Shown here: in pieces, positions 1 through 9,132 of the stretch | Layout: the number at the start of each line of letters is the position of its first letter | Position numbering within the stretch: position 1 is the stretch's first letter | Source: an uncultured virus (IMG/VR IMGVR_UViG_3300044950_001783) | Lineage: Duplodnaviria > Heunggongvirae > Uroviricota > Caudoviricetes | DNA: 64,000 nt | Direction: 5' to 3' (one strand) | Virus record (IMG/VR): IMGVR_UViG_3300044950_001783 | Program-made: the position numbers and the translations under genes | Notes under the pieces: generated by a model | Told to the model about the DNA's origin: nothing | Seen by the model: only the letters and a program-made list of their open reading frames with translations | Database searches by the model: none

Positions 1-437
1 GGGTGGAGATGGCTGTCGGCCAGGGCCAGCGTGATCAGGAAGGAGACCAGCACTTCGCGCAGGCTACGTGTGTGTCCACAGACGGACATGAAGCGCTCGC
101 AAATGGCGGCCAGATCGGTGTCCAGGTCAACGCCACGCTTGAACAGGGCAATAGCCTGGGTGCGGTGTTCCTGGCTCATGCCGAGTTTCCTGATCAGATC
201 CTCGGTGTGAGCGATCTCAGCCTCGGATACCCGGCCATCGGCCTTGGCCAGGCGCCCGGCTGCAATAAACAGCGTTTCCAGAAAAACCGTCTGGCGCAGG
301 GCGTTTTGCAGGGGGTTGGCGCCGCCAGTGCCGTAGTTGCGGACACGGTCGACGAACCAGCCCGCAACGAAACCGAGGAGGGCGCCGGTAACACCAGCGA
401 AGTAGTAGCCCGCAATTAGGCCGATGATCTTGAACAC
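1..437 (-). CDS. djlA: Co-chaperone DjlA (membrane-anchored DnaJ-like protein), 5' part only, runs off the window edge
   Basis: Not in the ORF track. Translated by hand from GTG at 437 (AGGAG upstream): MFKIIGLIAGYYFAGVTGALLGFVAGWFVDR...GRLAKADGRVSEAEI...ITLALADSHLHP. The N-terminal TM anchor and TerB-like AKADGRVSE motif are typical of DjlA. Confidence 0.85.
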   Translation of the reverse strand, partial: MFKIIGLIAGYYFAGVTGALLGFVAGWFVDRVRNYGTGGANPLQNALRQTVFLETLFIAAGRLAKADGRVSEAEIAHTEDLIRKLGMSQEHRTQAIALFKRGVDLDTDLAAICERFMSVCGHTRSLREVLVSFLITLALADSHLH

Positions 438-949
438 GCATGCTCCTGTTTCGATGGCGTCCAGGTTGGGGCTGGACAGGAAGTTCTGATGCTAGCTTGG
501 AACCTGGCTGAAGAGGGTTTGCCAATCACCTGTCTGGAATCAATCCCGGGCGATACCATGAGGCGAAACGCGGTGCTCCGTAAATGGGGTTCGCTGACCC
601 AGGCAGAGGCATCCGGCCAACATAGAGGAGCAAGCATAGCCAAGAGTTGAATCCGCAGAGCCGCGATCAGCCTTGCTGGCGGCTCCTGGCACATGCAGAC
701 ATGGCTTTTTCCCATCTTCCGGACGCCATCAATCCTGTTTTTCTCTCTGAACATCCTTGTTGCCACCCAATATCGAAAACAAAATTGATTAAATATTGAT
801 CAGGTTAAGTGTTTGAATATAAAGGAATGTGCCTTCCGGACTTCGTGACTTGATCGTCCGGAAGAAAGAGAGAAGAGAGCGAGAAAAACCGCAAAAACGG
901 TGAAAAACAGAGTGCTGGCGGGGTGCCGAAGTCCGGAAGCCATAAGCGA

Positions 950-981
950 AAAACCCCGCCAACACTGGCGTGTGGCGGGGT
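950..981 (-). terminator. Rho-independent terminator-like hairpin near the probable element boundary
   Basis: ACCCCGCCA (953-961) pairs with TGGCGGGGT (973-981), followed by a T run on the minus strand. Confidence 0.55.
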
Positions 982-1225
982 CTGTCGTTTTTGCATGATA
1001 CTGTTTTTACTACGATTTCTGGTGGTGGGGCCGCTACCAGCCCCCAACCGCACCAGTTCAGGGGTTTAGGAGCGCTTCGTATTCCTACGAAGCTGCTCGA
1101 ACGATTGCCTTGCTTCGGAAAAATGTAAAAAAGCCAAGTGGATTTGACTTGGCACCACACCACATTGAGTGCGCCATCAGTTCGATTCCGAAATGCTCAA
1201 TTGAACCCGCGTCCGTAGTTCCCCG

Positions 1226-1924
1226 TTACCGATAGCCCAACCGACCCAGTTCGCGCCGCAAACAACTGTAATACGTTCCTGGGCCACTGTACTTTTGGGC
1301 ACTTTCACAGGCACGCTCGATTGCTGCCTGTTCAGAATAATTCGCTCGAGACATGTCAGGCCGGCCACCAGATGAGCGCAAGTTCCCGAGTTCTCTTTTC
1401 AGACATCCATAGTACGCGCCTGGCCCACTGTACTTTTTGGAGCTGTCGCAAGCGCGTTCGATAGCTTCTTGCTCTGAACTAGTGGCACCTGACATATCTG
1501 GACGACCACCAGTAGACTGAAGATTTCCGAGCTCTCGTTTGAGACAAGCGTAGTACGCTCCCGGACCACTATATTTTCGGGCGCTATCGCAGGCCCGTTC
1601 AATAGCATCCAGTTCTGAGGAACTAGCCGCCGACAAATCTGGGCGACCACCTGTTGAGTTCAAGTTTCCAAGTTCTCGTTTCAAGCAACCATAGTACGCC
1701 CCAGGCCCGCTGTATTTTCTCGCGCTGTCACAGGCTCGTTCTATTGCGTCTTTCTCGGAAGAGTTTGCCCTTGACATATCTGGTCTGCCACCAGATGAAC
1801 GCAAACTACTAAGCTCTCGCTTCAAACAATCGTAGTACGCAGACGGTCCGCTGTATTTGCGAGCGCTATCACAGGCACGCTCAATGCCTTCTTGTTCAAA
1901 CGAGTCTACTTGCGACAAGTCTGG
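1226..1924 (-). repeat. Five tandem 47-aa (141-bp) coding repeats
   Basis: Consensus PD[LM]SxxxSxExxAIERACDSARKYSGPGAYYxCLKRELGNLxSxGGR; the last copy is truncated to 44 aa. Confidence 0.95.
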
Positions 1925-2956
1925 TTTCCCCGATGTTTCACCTGTACCCCAGGATGGTGTCTGCACCGGTTTTGTTGCAGTGGGCGGAGGGGGCGCCGGG
2001 ATAAATTGGGGCTGAATCGATGGTTGTGGTGGACTAGGCTCCTTTGCCTTTGGCCTTTCCGTACTTTGTAACTTACGAAGCAGATCTTCAGTTGGTTTCC
2101 CATCTGCAGTCAGGCCGCTATCCCGCTGAAACGAACTAATGGCCGAACGGGTTTTCCCTCCAATGAATCCATCAGCAGTACCAGCGTCGTAGCCCAGTAC
2201 ATTCAATCGCTGCTGTATGGCCTTAACAGTTGGGTCCGGCGTTGGCTTTACGGCTTGCGGAGTAAGCTTTGGCGTAGCAGGCACCCCAGTAGAAAACCTT
2301 CCACGCCCTTCTGCTTGGAGGTCGGCACGGTAGCGCTCGACTTCGCTTCGCGCGCTTTCCAATGCCCCCTTGCGATAACGGAACTGGCCACAACGATTGT
2401 TGTAATCTGAAACCATCCCATTGAAACGATCGACATGGGAGTCAATGTAGTAATTGACCGCTGCCTTCGCAGATTCGAGTCGTATGTCCTCGGCCAAGCA
2501 ATAGCGTAGCTGAGCGCTGCTCAAAACGGTATTAGTGCCGGCTGGTGGTAATTCTTCAGACAGTCTACTGGGGGCTGCCGGTGTTGCTGCAGGCGGCGAA
2601 TACGAAGGGACCGAAGGGCTTGATGAGTAGGATGGCGACGCCTGATTCTTGTTTCCCGACCCTGCTGCCATCCAGATAACTGCTATTACCGCACCTATTC
2701 CAAGAACCCACTTCCAGCCTGAATTATCCGATGGTTGGGTCGGTGCTTGGTATGGTTGTGCTGTTGATTGTGTCTGGCTACTTTGCTGTGCACTTGTTGC
2801 GCTTTTCTGCTCCTCGTCGGGAACTACCTGCTTTGCAGAAACCGGAGTCGTCGGGGCTGACTTCGGAACGTCAGTGTCTATCTCAACATCTGACACCAGT
2901 GAAGAGAGGCCGGCAAAACCCGCCACATTTTTGTTTTTATCGTCCTCAGATGACAT
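1226..2956 (-). CDS. Single-pass membrane protein with peptidoglycan-binding domain and five Cys-pair repeats
   Basis: TM KWVLGIGAVIAVIWMAA; PG_binding_1-like VKAIQQRLNVLGYDAGTADGFIGGKTRSAISSFQRDSGLTADG; five C-terminal repeats. Paralogue of 6357-7679. Start may be 2965 or 2956. Confidence 0.85.
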   Translation of the reverse strand: MSSEDDKNKNVAGFAGLSSLVSDVEIDTDVPKSAPTTPVSAKQVVPDEEQKSATSAQQSSQTQSTAQPYQAPTQPSDNSGWKWVLGIGAVIAVIWMAAGSGNKNQASPSYSSSPSVPSYSPPAATPAAPSRLSEELPPAGTNTVLSSAQLRYCLAEDIRLESAKAAVNYYIDSHVDRFNGMVSDYNNRCGQFRYRKGALESARSEVERYRADLQAEGRGRFSTGVPATPKLTPQAVKPTPDPTVKAIQQRLNVLGYDAGTADGFIGGKTRSAISSFQRDSGLTADGKPTEDLLRKLQSTERPKAKEPSPPQPSIQPQFIPAPPPPTATKPVQTPSWGTGETSGKPDLSQVDSFEQEGIERACDSARKYSGPSAYYDCLKRELSSLRSSGGRPDMSRANSSEKDAIERACDSARKYSGPGAYYGCLKRELGNLNSTGGRPDLSAASSSELDAIERACDSARKYSGPGAYYACLKRELGNLQSTGGRPDMSGATSSEQEAIERACDSSKKYSGPGAYYGCLKRELGNLRSSGGRPDMSRANYSEQAAIERACESAQKYSGPGTYYSCLRRELGRLGYR

Positions 2957-3031
2957 GCGCCCCACCCACCCATCAATCGATTCAGCGAATCATCGCCAGA
3001 AAACTAACAGCCACAACGGCATTTAGTACAC

Positions 3032-3586
3032 TTAAATTTGCTCGTACAGTTTTTTTGCATCAAAACGATTAATTTTTAACTTCATCCCAATGTGTTCACA
3101 TAGATTTGATACCGCCACATCTTCTGCCAAGAGCGAACGATCGACAGAAACCAAAACCAATGCTTTGGAAATTGCATTGCTGGCGATATTCAATGCCTCA
3201 GGTTTTCCATGACCCATAGTCATTGTGATACCAGGAAGCTGCCATGGAATTATTTCCTGTGTAAGGACATTCGATGCCTGGACATGGGCATTTGCCATGT
3301 CCTCGGCTGCTTGTTCGCAAAGCCGTTGAAACTCGTTTGAGAGCAAATAACTTTGAGATGACGATTTCTTGACTGCAATAATCGCAAGAGCAATCGGCAT
3401 AAACTCACCAAGAATAAAATCTTGCTGAATCAGCCTTGCTATGATTTCATTTTGCCGCGGACTGGGCGGCGAGAGTTTTTTTAATCTTTCAACAGTTGAA
3501 TACAACAAATCATATCCTGACGCCGAAAAGTCCACTCTTCCGGAAAATACGCGAATTACCAAATTAAACAAATTTGCCATGAGCAT
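3032..3586 (-). CDS. Hypothetical protein (AT-rich)
   Basis: Open frame 3032-3754. ATG at 3586 or 3580 avoids overlap with the upstream gene. No recognisable motif. Confidence 0.6.
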   Translation of the reverse strand: MLMANLFNLVIRVFSGRVDFSASGYDLLYSTVERLKKLSPPSPRQNEIIARLIQQDFILGEFMPIALAIIAVKKSSSQSYLLSNEFQRLCEQAAEDMANAHVQASNVLTQEIIPWQLPGITMTMGHGKPEALNIASNAISKALVLVSVDRSLLAEDVAVSNLCEHIGMKLKINRFDAKKLYEQI

Positions 3587-3629
3587 CCCATAATTCGATT
3601 TTTCTACGTGTTCTCTCGAGTGGATCTGT

Positions 3630-4274
3630 CTACTGCGACAAACTGCTTGTAAGCTGACTCTTGACCAGGTCCAACTTTGCTTTGTGGGCGAGAGGGCGCT
3701 TGAATACTTTGTTTTCGATTTGTTCTGAAACCTTGCTGATCGCAATGTAAGCAAAGCTGAGTCCCGAATTGCGCTCAGTCGACTTCATCTCGATAAAGTC
3801 GTACGGAAAGTTTTGACAGAATTTATGAAACCCGCAAAACTGAGGCACTTCTTGTGTGAAGTGGAATCCGTCAGGCGTCAGCCGAGAGCGACGGGGGTGA
3901 TAGAAATCCGTGAAGAAAATAAACCACTCGTTTCCGAAAAACGTCACCGCCTCAAAAACATCGATAGTGTTGATTGCACCAATACGGTGAAAGAGAACAC
4001 GCTCTCCCTTATTCGTTTCCAGCTTCGATAAGTAGGCAAGTTGTCCAATGGGGCCGTTTACAGGGATTGGATTTGTCGCTGAGAACCCAAACGGACCACT
4101 TCCGTTGGGATCACGGTCGTAAGCCGGACTGGACTTGATCATTTCCTTCATTGCCGGATGAAGCATTTCCAACTGAAATTCTTCATCCTCCATAATCCTC
4201 CGGATCTGTCCAAACGCTTCTTGAAGTGCTTTCTGCTCCTTGTTGCCTCCGAAGAGATTTGATAAGAAACCCAT
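3630..4274 (-). CDS. Hypothetical protein with GPFGFSATNPIPVNGPIGQLAYL motif
   Basis: 214-aa ORF with AGGGG RBS, co-oriented in the operon; amphipathic N-terminus MGFLSNLFGG. Confidence 0.8.
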   Translation of the reverse strand: MGFLSNLFGGNKEQKALQEAFGQIRRIMEDEEFQLEMLHPAMKEMIKSSPAYDRDPNGSGPFGFSATNPIPVNGPIGQLAYLSKLETNKGERVLFHRIGAINTIDVFEAVTFFGNEWFIFFTDFYHPRRSRLTPDGFHFTQEVPQFCGFHKFCQNFPYDFIEMKSTERNSGLSFAYIAISKVSEQIENKVFKRPLAHKAKLDLVKSQLTSSLSQ

Positions 4275-4324
4275 AATACCCCCTTGAAAATATTGCTCTG
4301 GCCGGCGGCCGTAATTGATAACGA

Positions 4325-6340
4325 TTAGTCCCTGAAGTATTCGCTCAGCTTGGAAATGCCCTTCTTAAATCCGGATCTCACTACGTGATCCAGCAGATGG
4401 GTATTCCAATGACTCATATAGGATGCCGAGCCGTAAGTTTTCTTGTCGCTCTTGGAGCCAATCACAAACTCACCGTTTGCGCTCCAAACATGTACGTCGC
4501 TCCAAGACAATCGGATCTTCTCATTGGATCCCAATAATTTATGTTTCGTCAAAGTGACAGCTCCGTCTTCGACCAGCATGTCGCCAAAGTGCAGAGACCG
4601 TCCTTCTTCGAGGGCCTCGCTCATTTCGATCATCAACCGGACGCACACAGCCCGCCAGAGAGCCTCGATAAAGCCCGAGAAAGTAGATTCCTTTTTGAGG
4701 CTGATCTCTGTCGAATTATTTCGTGTTGCAAAAGCAATCGTGTAATCGGTGCCAGTCGGAATGCCGTTAACAGAGTGACTGACACTTCCCCATCTCACTG
4801 CAGTGATGGCATCGAGTGGATATCGATTGCCCTTCCAAACCACACCTTCAGGTGAAATACTGAGCGAATCTTTGAAGACAAGGCCAACATCAGCGTTAAA
4901 CGTTATCGCTCGCGCCCACTCGGCCTCTCGTTTTTGGGCTTGTGCCTTCGCCTGCATTCGCTTCGTGTGGATGTCTGAAAGAGTATCGACGTCTTGCTCC
5001 ACTCGCTCGGCCACCTCGGGTAACTCTGCAAATAGCTCCTGAATGAGAATCGTCAGTCGCTTGGATGAGTCCAGCATGTCATGATTGTTGAAGAGATCAA
5101 TAGCAAGACTACGTATGGAATAGGCCAACTCGTTGCTGTGGTCATGATCGATACCACGAGCTTTTGCGCTCAGCTGGATAGGCTGAGCAAACCTGTCCCA
5201 ATTACGTGCAACTTTTTCGATCTTTTCGACCAGGGGCTTGATGGCACTTTCGCCTGATTCGGCAGAACTCCTGGCAGCCTGAACAAGCTTTTTAACATTT
5301 TCTGCTTCCCTCTCGAGGACACCCTGTACCTCTACTGCATAGCTGTCCACCAGGTCGTCAATCAACTCCGGAGCATGGTCTTCACCATTACAGGTCGCAC
5401 CATCGACAGCGAATGTCATCGCATCCAAGAGAGATGCGGGCGGGAGTCGATTCAAAGCATCCTTAATTGCAGTCCTGAAGTATCGCTTACGCTCAAGTAT
5501 TTCATGCTCGACTTGGTCATCCTTGATTTCCGGAAAACCCGATACTGCACGATCTTCGTTTATGTCCCGGACGACTTCATCCAGATCGAGATCATCAACG
5601 AGGTAGGCCATCTCCTGAATGAACTCGGCAACATCATCTGCTTGATCATTCGCATTAACAGCCTCGAACGCAGCTGCCATGAGATTGCAATGAGCGAGAG
5701 TCGGCAATCCGGACTCCACTCGGATTGCCATAGGATCACGCAGCAGACCTTCCAGTAGTTGCGACGCTTTACGGGGGGAAACGCCTGGGAGCCAGGCTAT
5801 TTCCGCAGACAGTCGATTTCGTGGGTTGGTAAGGTCAGTTCGAGCCTTTTGGCAAACCTCATGATCCAGTTCAAGTGACTTTTCTTCTGCTTGTTCAACG
5901 ATCTTCTTCCGATCGTCCCTGGTCGTAACACCCAAAATGGCAAATGGGTTCTTATGCAGGATTGTTGTCCGGATAGAGCGTGGAGTGCGTGTGCTTGTTG
6001 GGGGCGGCGGGGGGCGTGACGCAGCAGGCTTTGGCGGATTGCTAGGCTTCGCTGCTAAAGGAGACTCTGGTTCGCTCCGACCACCAAGCATCGCCATGAG
6101 CTGAGGATCTTTCAAAGCCTCGCTAGCCTGTGCAAGCAAATTCGCCGGTGCAGAGAGCTTCAAATGGTTTTTGATCTCATGTGCATAGCTCAAAAGCTGA
6201 GAGTTGGTGGATAGATGCTCACACAGCACTAGTGACAGGGCTAACGCCTGGTCACCTTTAGGTATGGCTCGACAGGACTTACATGCAGTCAGCGCACCAA
6301 ACTTTTCTTCGCCACACTTAAAACAGATTGCTTTGGTCAT
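4325..6340 (-). CDS. J-domain-like protein lacking HPD, with N-terminal Zn ribbon and helical repeat region
   Basis: CFKC...CKSC at the N-terminus. NPFAILGV...KARTDLTNPRNR resembles the start and end of a J domain but has no HPD. GAGG RBS. Confidence 0.65.
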   Translation of the reverse strand: MTKAICFKCGEEKFGALTACKSCRAIPKGDQALALSLVLCEHLSTNSQLLSYAHEIKNHLKLSAPANLLAQASEALKDPQLMAMLGGRSEPESPLAAKPSNPPKPAASRPPPPPTSTRTPRSIRTTILHKNPFAILGVTTRDDRKKIVEQAEEKSLELDHEVCQKARTDLTNPRNRLSAEIAWLPGVSPRKASQLLEGLLRDPMAIRVESGLPTLAHCNLMAAAFEAVNANDQADDVAEFIQEMAYLVDDLDLDEVVRDINEDRAVSGFPEIKDDQVEHEILERKRYFRTAIKDALNRLPPASLLDAMTFAVDGATCNGEDHAPELIDDLVDSYAVEVQGVLEREAENVKKLVQAARSSAESGESAIKPLVEKIEKVARNWDRFAQPIQLSAKARGIDHDHSNELAYSIRSLAIDLFNNHDMLDSSKRLTILIQELFAELPEVAERVEQDVDTLSDIHTKRMQAKAQAQKREAEWARAITFNADVGLVFKDSLSISPEGVVWKGNRYPLDAITAVRWGSVSHSVNGIPTGTDYTIAFATRNNSTEISLKKESTFSGFIEALWRAVCVRLMIEMSEALEEGRSLHFGDMLVEDGAVTLTKHKLLGSNEKIRLSWSDVHVWSANGEFVIGSKSDKKTYGSASYMSHWNTHLLDHVVRSGFKKGISKLSEYFRD

Positions 6341-6356
6341 TGCGTATTACCAATCC

Positions 6357-6902
6357 TCAATTACGCAGTTGTGCCAATTGGCTCGACAGACACGCGTTGT
6401 AGGCAGCAGGTCCATTCACATACTTGTCGGTAGAGCAGGCAGCCTCGATAGATTGCCGAGCTGACGCAGATAGCCCTGATAAATTCGGTCTGGAGCCTTG
6501 CTGCTCTAGCGCGTGCAACTGCGATGAAAGGCAGTTGTTATAGGCAGAGGGGCCGTTGACGTACTTGTCAGTGGAACAGGCTGCTTCAATAGACTCACGT
6601 TCGGACGACGACAATCGAGAAAGATCAGGTCTTCTGTTTTGGGGTGTGAGCGCTGAAGCTTGTTGTGTCAGGCAAGCGTTATATGCAGCCGGGCCATTGA
6701 CGTATTTGTCCGTCGAGCAAGCGGCTTCGATCGACTCCCGCTCAGCTCCGGAGAGCCGGCTCAGATCAGGTCTTCTCACACCATTTCGCAGAGCGTCCAT
6801 CTGTCCTGCGATGCAGTTTTTATAGGCCGCAGGGCCATTGACGTACTTGTCGGTAGAACAGGCTGCCTCTATAGACTCCCGTTCAGGCCCTGAAAGTTGG
6901 GG
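6357..6902 (-). repeat. Four tandem ~47-aa coding repeats
   Basis: Core SIEAACSTDKYVNGP[AS]AYxxC present four times. Confidence 0.95.
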
Positions 6903-7679
6903 ATTCGCTATTGAAGAGACCTTTTGTTCCGGAACAACCGCAGGCGGTTCCGGATTGAGGGTGATTGTCGGCGAAGGTGATACAGACGCTGTGGCTGGCT
7001 TTCCTGCGAAATAGCCTCGTCCTTCAGCAGCGAGCTCGAATCGAAATGGTTCAATGTCGGAGCGGGCACTTTCTAATGCGCCAGACCGATATTTGAATGC
7101 ACCACAACGACTGTTGTAATCAGCAACCATTGCGTTGAATTGGTCAACATCAGAGTCCGCGTAGCTACTGAGACTGCCCTTGGCGGCCTCCATCCGAATA
7201 TCTTCAGCTAGACAATATCGGATCTGAGCGGCGCCAAGTACATGATCCCTTCCGGCTGGCGGCATTTCTTCTGATGGCCGTCTTGGCGCCTGGGGCTCAC
7301 TCACCGAAGATTGGGATGTCGGTGCCGTAGCATAATTACTCGGGGTATAACTCGACGGTGATGATGTGTTTTTGTTGCCAGAGGCCCACACAAGCCAGAT
7401 GACGCCAATCACCGCACCTATACCCAACAACCATTTGCCTCCAGAAGATCCGCCGCTCGGCTGAACAGGTGCTTGGTATGCTTGTGGCGCAGGCTTAGCG
7501 ACATGATCCTCTTGGGACGACGTGGCGCGAGGCTGCGGATTATTTGTTGCGGGACCAGGTTTGTTCTGTGTTTTCTGCTCAGGAGGCTCTACAGTCATAT
7601 CGACGTCAGAAACCATCGAGGAAAGCCCCGCGAATCCTTGACCTGCACCTTCTTTTTTTTGTTCTTCCCCTGATGCCAC
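6357..7679 (-). CDS. Single-pass membrane protein with four Cys-pair repeats
   Basis: TM KWLLGIGAVIGVIWLVW; shares the RYCLAEDIR...DYNSRCG domain with 1226-2956; four C-terminal repeats. Confidence 0.85.
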   Translation of the reverse strand: MASGEEQKKEGAGQGFAGLSSMVSDVDMTVEPPEQKTQNKPGPATNNPQPRATSSQEDHVAKPAPQAYQAPVQPSGGSSGGKWLLGIGAVIGVIWLVWASGNKNTSSPSSYTPSNYATAPTSQSSVSEPQAPRRPSEEMPPAGRDHVLGAAQIRYCLAEDIRMEAAKGSLSSYADSDVDQFNAMVADYNSRCGAFKYRSGALESARSDIEPFRFELAAEGRGYFAGKPATASVSPSPTITLNPEPPAVVPEQKVSSIANPQLSGPERESIEAACSTDKYVNGPAAYKNCIAGQMDALRNGVRRPDLSRLSGAERESIEAACSTDKYVNGPAAYNACLTQQASALTPQNRRPDLSRLSSSERESIEAACSTDKYVNGPSAYNNCLSSQLHALEQQGSRPNLSGLSASARQSIEAACSTDKYVNGPAAYNACLSSQLAQLRN

Positions 7680-7689
7680 GGACTATCCC

Positions 7690-9129
7690 CTAAATAAACC
7701 CTATTCGCCGTTGCGATCCACCTTCGCGCTCTCTTGCTGGAGCAGAATCCATCGCGTCCAACAAGCTGTGATGGTCCAATTTGTCTTTTCCGGCGCGTGC
7801 GGCCAGTCTCGCTCCTTCGCGAATAACGAAGGTAACGTCGGACAAGGGGCGGCCAGCCAATTCCTTTGCTAAGGGTTTGGGATCTACGTCATCCTCTTTT
7901 GGTAACGTAGACAAGAGCGTTTCAAGCAAAGACAAGACTTCGCCTTCGCTTGCAAAGTCGACGTTGATGACATGATCGAATCGTCCGCGCCGCAAAATTG
8001 CGGGATCGATCATGTCGACTCGATTCGTCATGGCGATAATCAGCACGTCGTTCTTTGTTGCCTCTGGAATACGCCGCAAGAACTCAGCGACTTCTTCGAC
8101 GCGGTGGTGTCCAGATCCCATTTCCCGATCAGCAAGGAAGGCTTCCATCTCATCAATAACGAGCACGGATGGCGAGTTTTGCATCGCCTTGTCGAATACT
8201 TCAGCGACCTTCTTGCTCGTCTCGTGAATGTACGGGCTGGCGACACTGGAGGCCTCAATCTGGAAACTTGGCCATCCCAGAAAATCGACCAGGCGCTCAA
8301 CTGCAAAAGTCTTTCCACACCCTGGGGGGCCATGCAGAACTACCGCAGCGGGGAAATCTATACCTAATGCCTTATAGCGCTCACGGTTCTGAACGATATC
8401 GACAATGTGTTCGTTGAAAAAATCAGCAAGCTCAGGACGCCCAGCAAGTTCAAATACCCTGGGGGCTGATCCCTGGTCATGCGTTTCTGTCTTGGCTTCA
8501 GTTCTCTCTGTTTGTTTGGTCTCAGTGCGGTCGGGAGGTACCCGATGCCTATCGGCCGGAATTATTTCGGTAACTTCGATACCTGCAGCTTGGACTACAT
8601 CTTTGAGGTGGTTAGCCCCAAGCCAACTCAAGGTTTGACGCAACCGCCTGAATGATTTGGCTGAAACACTTGCACCACCAGTTAGCCAATATCCGAGAAC
8701 CACATCATCTTCAGTTCTTGAACTGATGCTGTAGGTTGGCAGGATGCGACTGATCTTTTCGACGTACAAGGCATCCTGAAGAGGAGTCTCCGCATCGATA
8801 TCACGCGTAGCCTTCAGCGCAAGCGCGAATGAAAGCGCTTCCGCCTTGGTGCTTGGTGAGTCACCATCAGAAACGGGGCAAAGGACTTGGCTTGATCCGC
8901 ACGAGATTTCCCAAAGTACCGTCTCGCCAAAGTTGAATGAGCCAAATAGTCCTGCGTCGATCAGTCCCGCTTCAATCCATCGCTGAGCAAGCTCATTCTG
9001 GACAATAAGGGCACGGCCACCGCCTGGTGTTTCCAGAATTTGCCAATTCGGGCCCTCGAATAGTGCGACACGCGTCTTCGCGCCGTCAGGCAACTTGAAG
9101 CCAATTGGAAGCCACGCATCAAATGCCAT
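7690..9129 (-). CDS. Classical-clade AAA+ ATPase with unrecognised N-terminal domain
   Basis: Walker A GPPGCGKT, Walker B VLVIDE, SRH TNRVDMIDPAILRRGRFD, C-terminal RRIGF; no protease domain. Confidence 0.9.
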   Translation of the reverse strand: MAFDAWLPIGFKLPDGAKTRVALFEGPNWQILETPGGGRALIVQNELAQRWIEAGLIDAGLFGSFNFGETVLWEISCGSSQVLCPVSDGDSPSTKAEALSFALALKATRDIDAETPLQDALYVEKISRILPTYSISSRTEDDVVLGYWLTGGASVSAKSFRRLRQTLSWLGANHLKDVVQAAGIEVTEIIPADRHRVPPDRTETKQTERTEAKTETHDQGSAPRVFELAGRPELADFFNEHIVDIVQNRERYKALGIDFPAAVVLHGPPGCGKTFAVERLVDFLGWPSFQIEASSVASPYIHETSKKVAEVFDKAMQNSPSVLVIDEMEAFLADREMGSGHHRVEEVAEFLRRIPEATKNDVLIIAMTNRVDMIDPAILRRGRFDHVINVDFASEGEVLSLLETLLSTLPKEDDVDPKPLAKELAGRPLSDVTFVIREGARLAARAGKDKLDHHSLLDAMDSAPAREREGGSQRRIGFI

Positions 9130-9132
9130 AGA

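Noticed and set aside
3..419. Plus-strand 138-aa ORF
   Set aside because: Antisense shadow of djlA, which has recognisable motifs and an RBS on the minus strand.
1000..1090. Possible tRNA or tmRNA gene
   Set aside because: Only a CCA-ended mini-hairpin; no T-loop, D-arm or anticodon arm.
416..1368. Several short ORFs in the junction region (416-766, 789-1163, 805-1053, 1177-1368)
   Set aside because: No motifs or convincing RBS; they overlap hairpins and low-complexity purine runs. Treated as non-coding.
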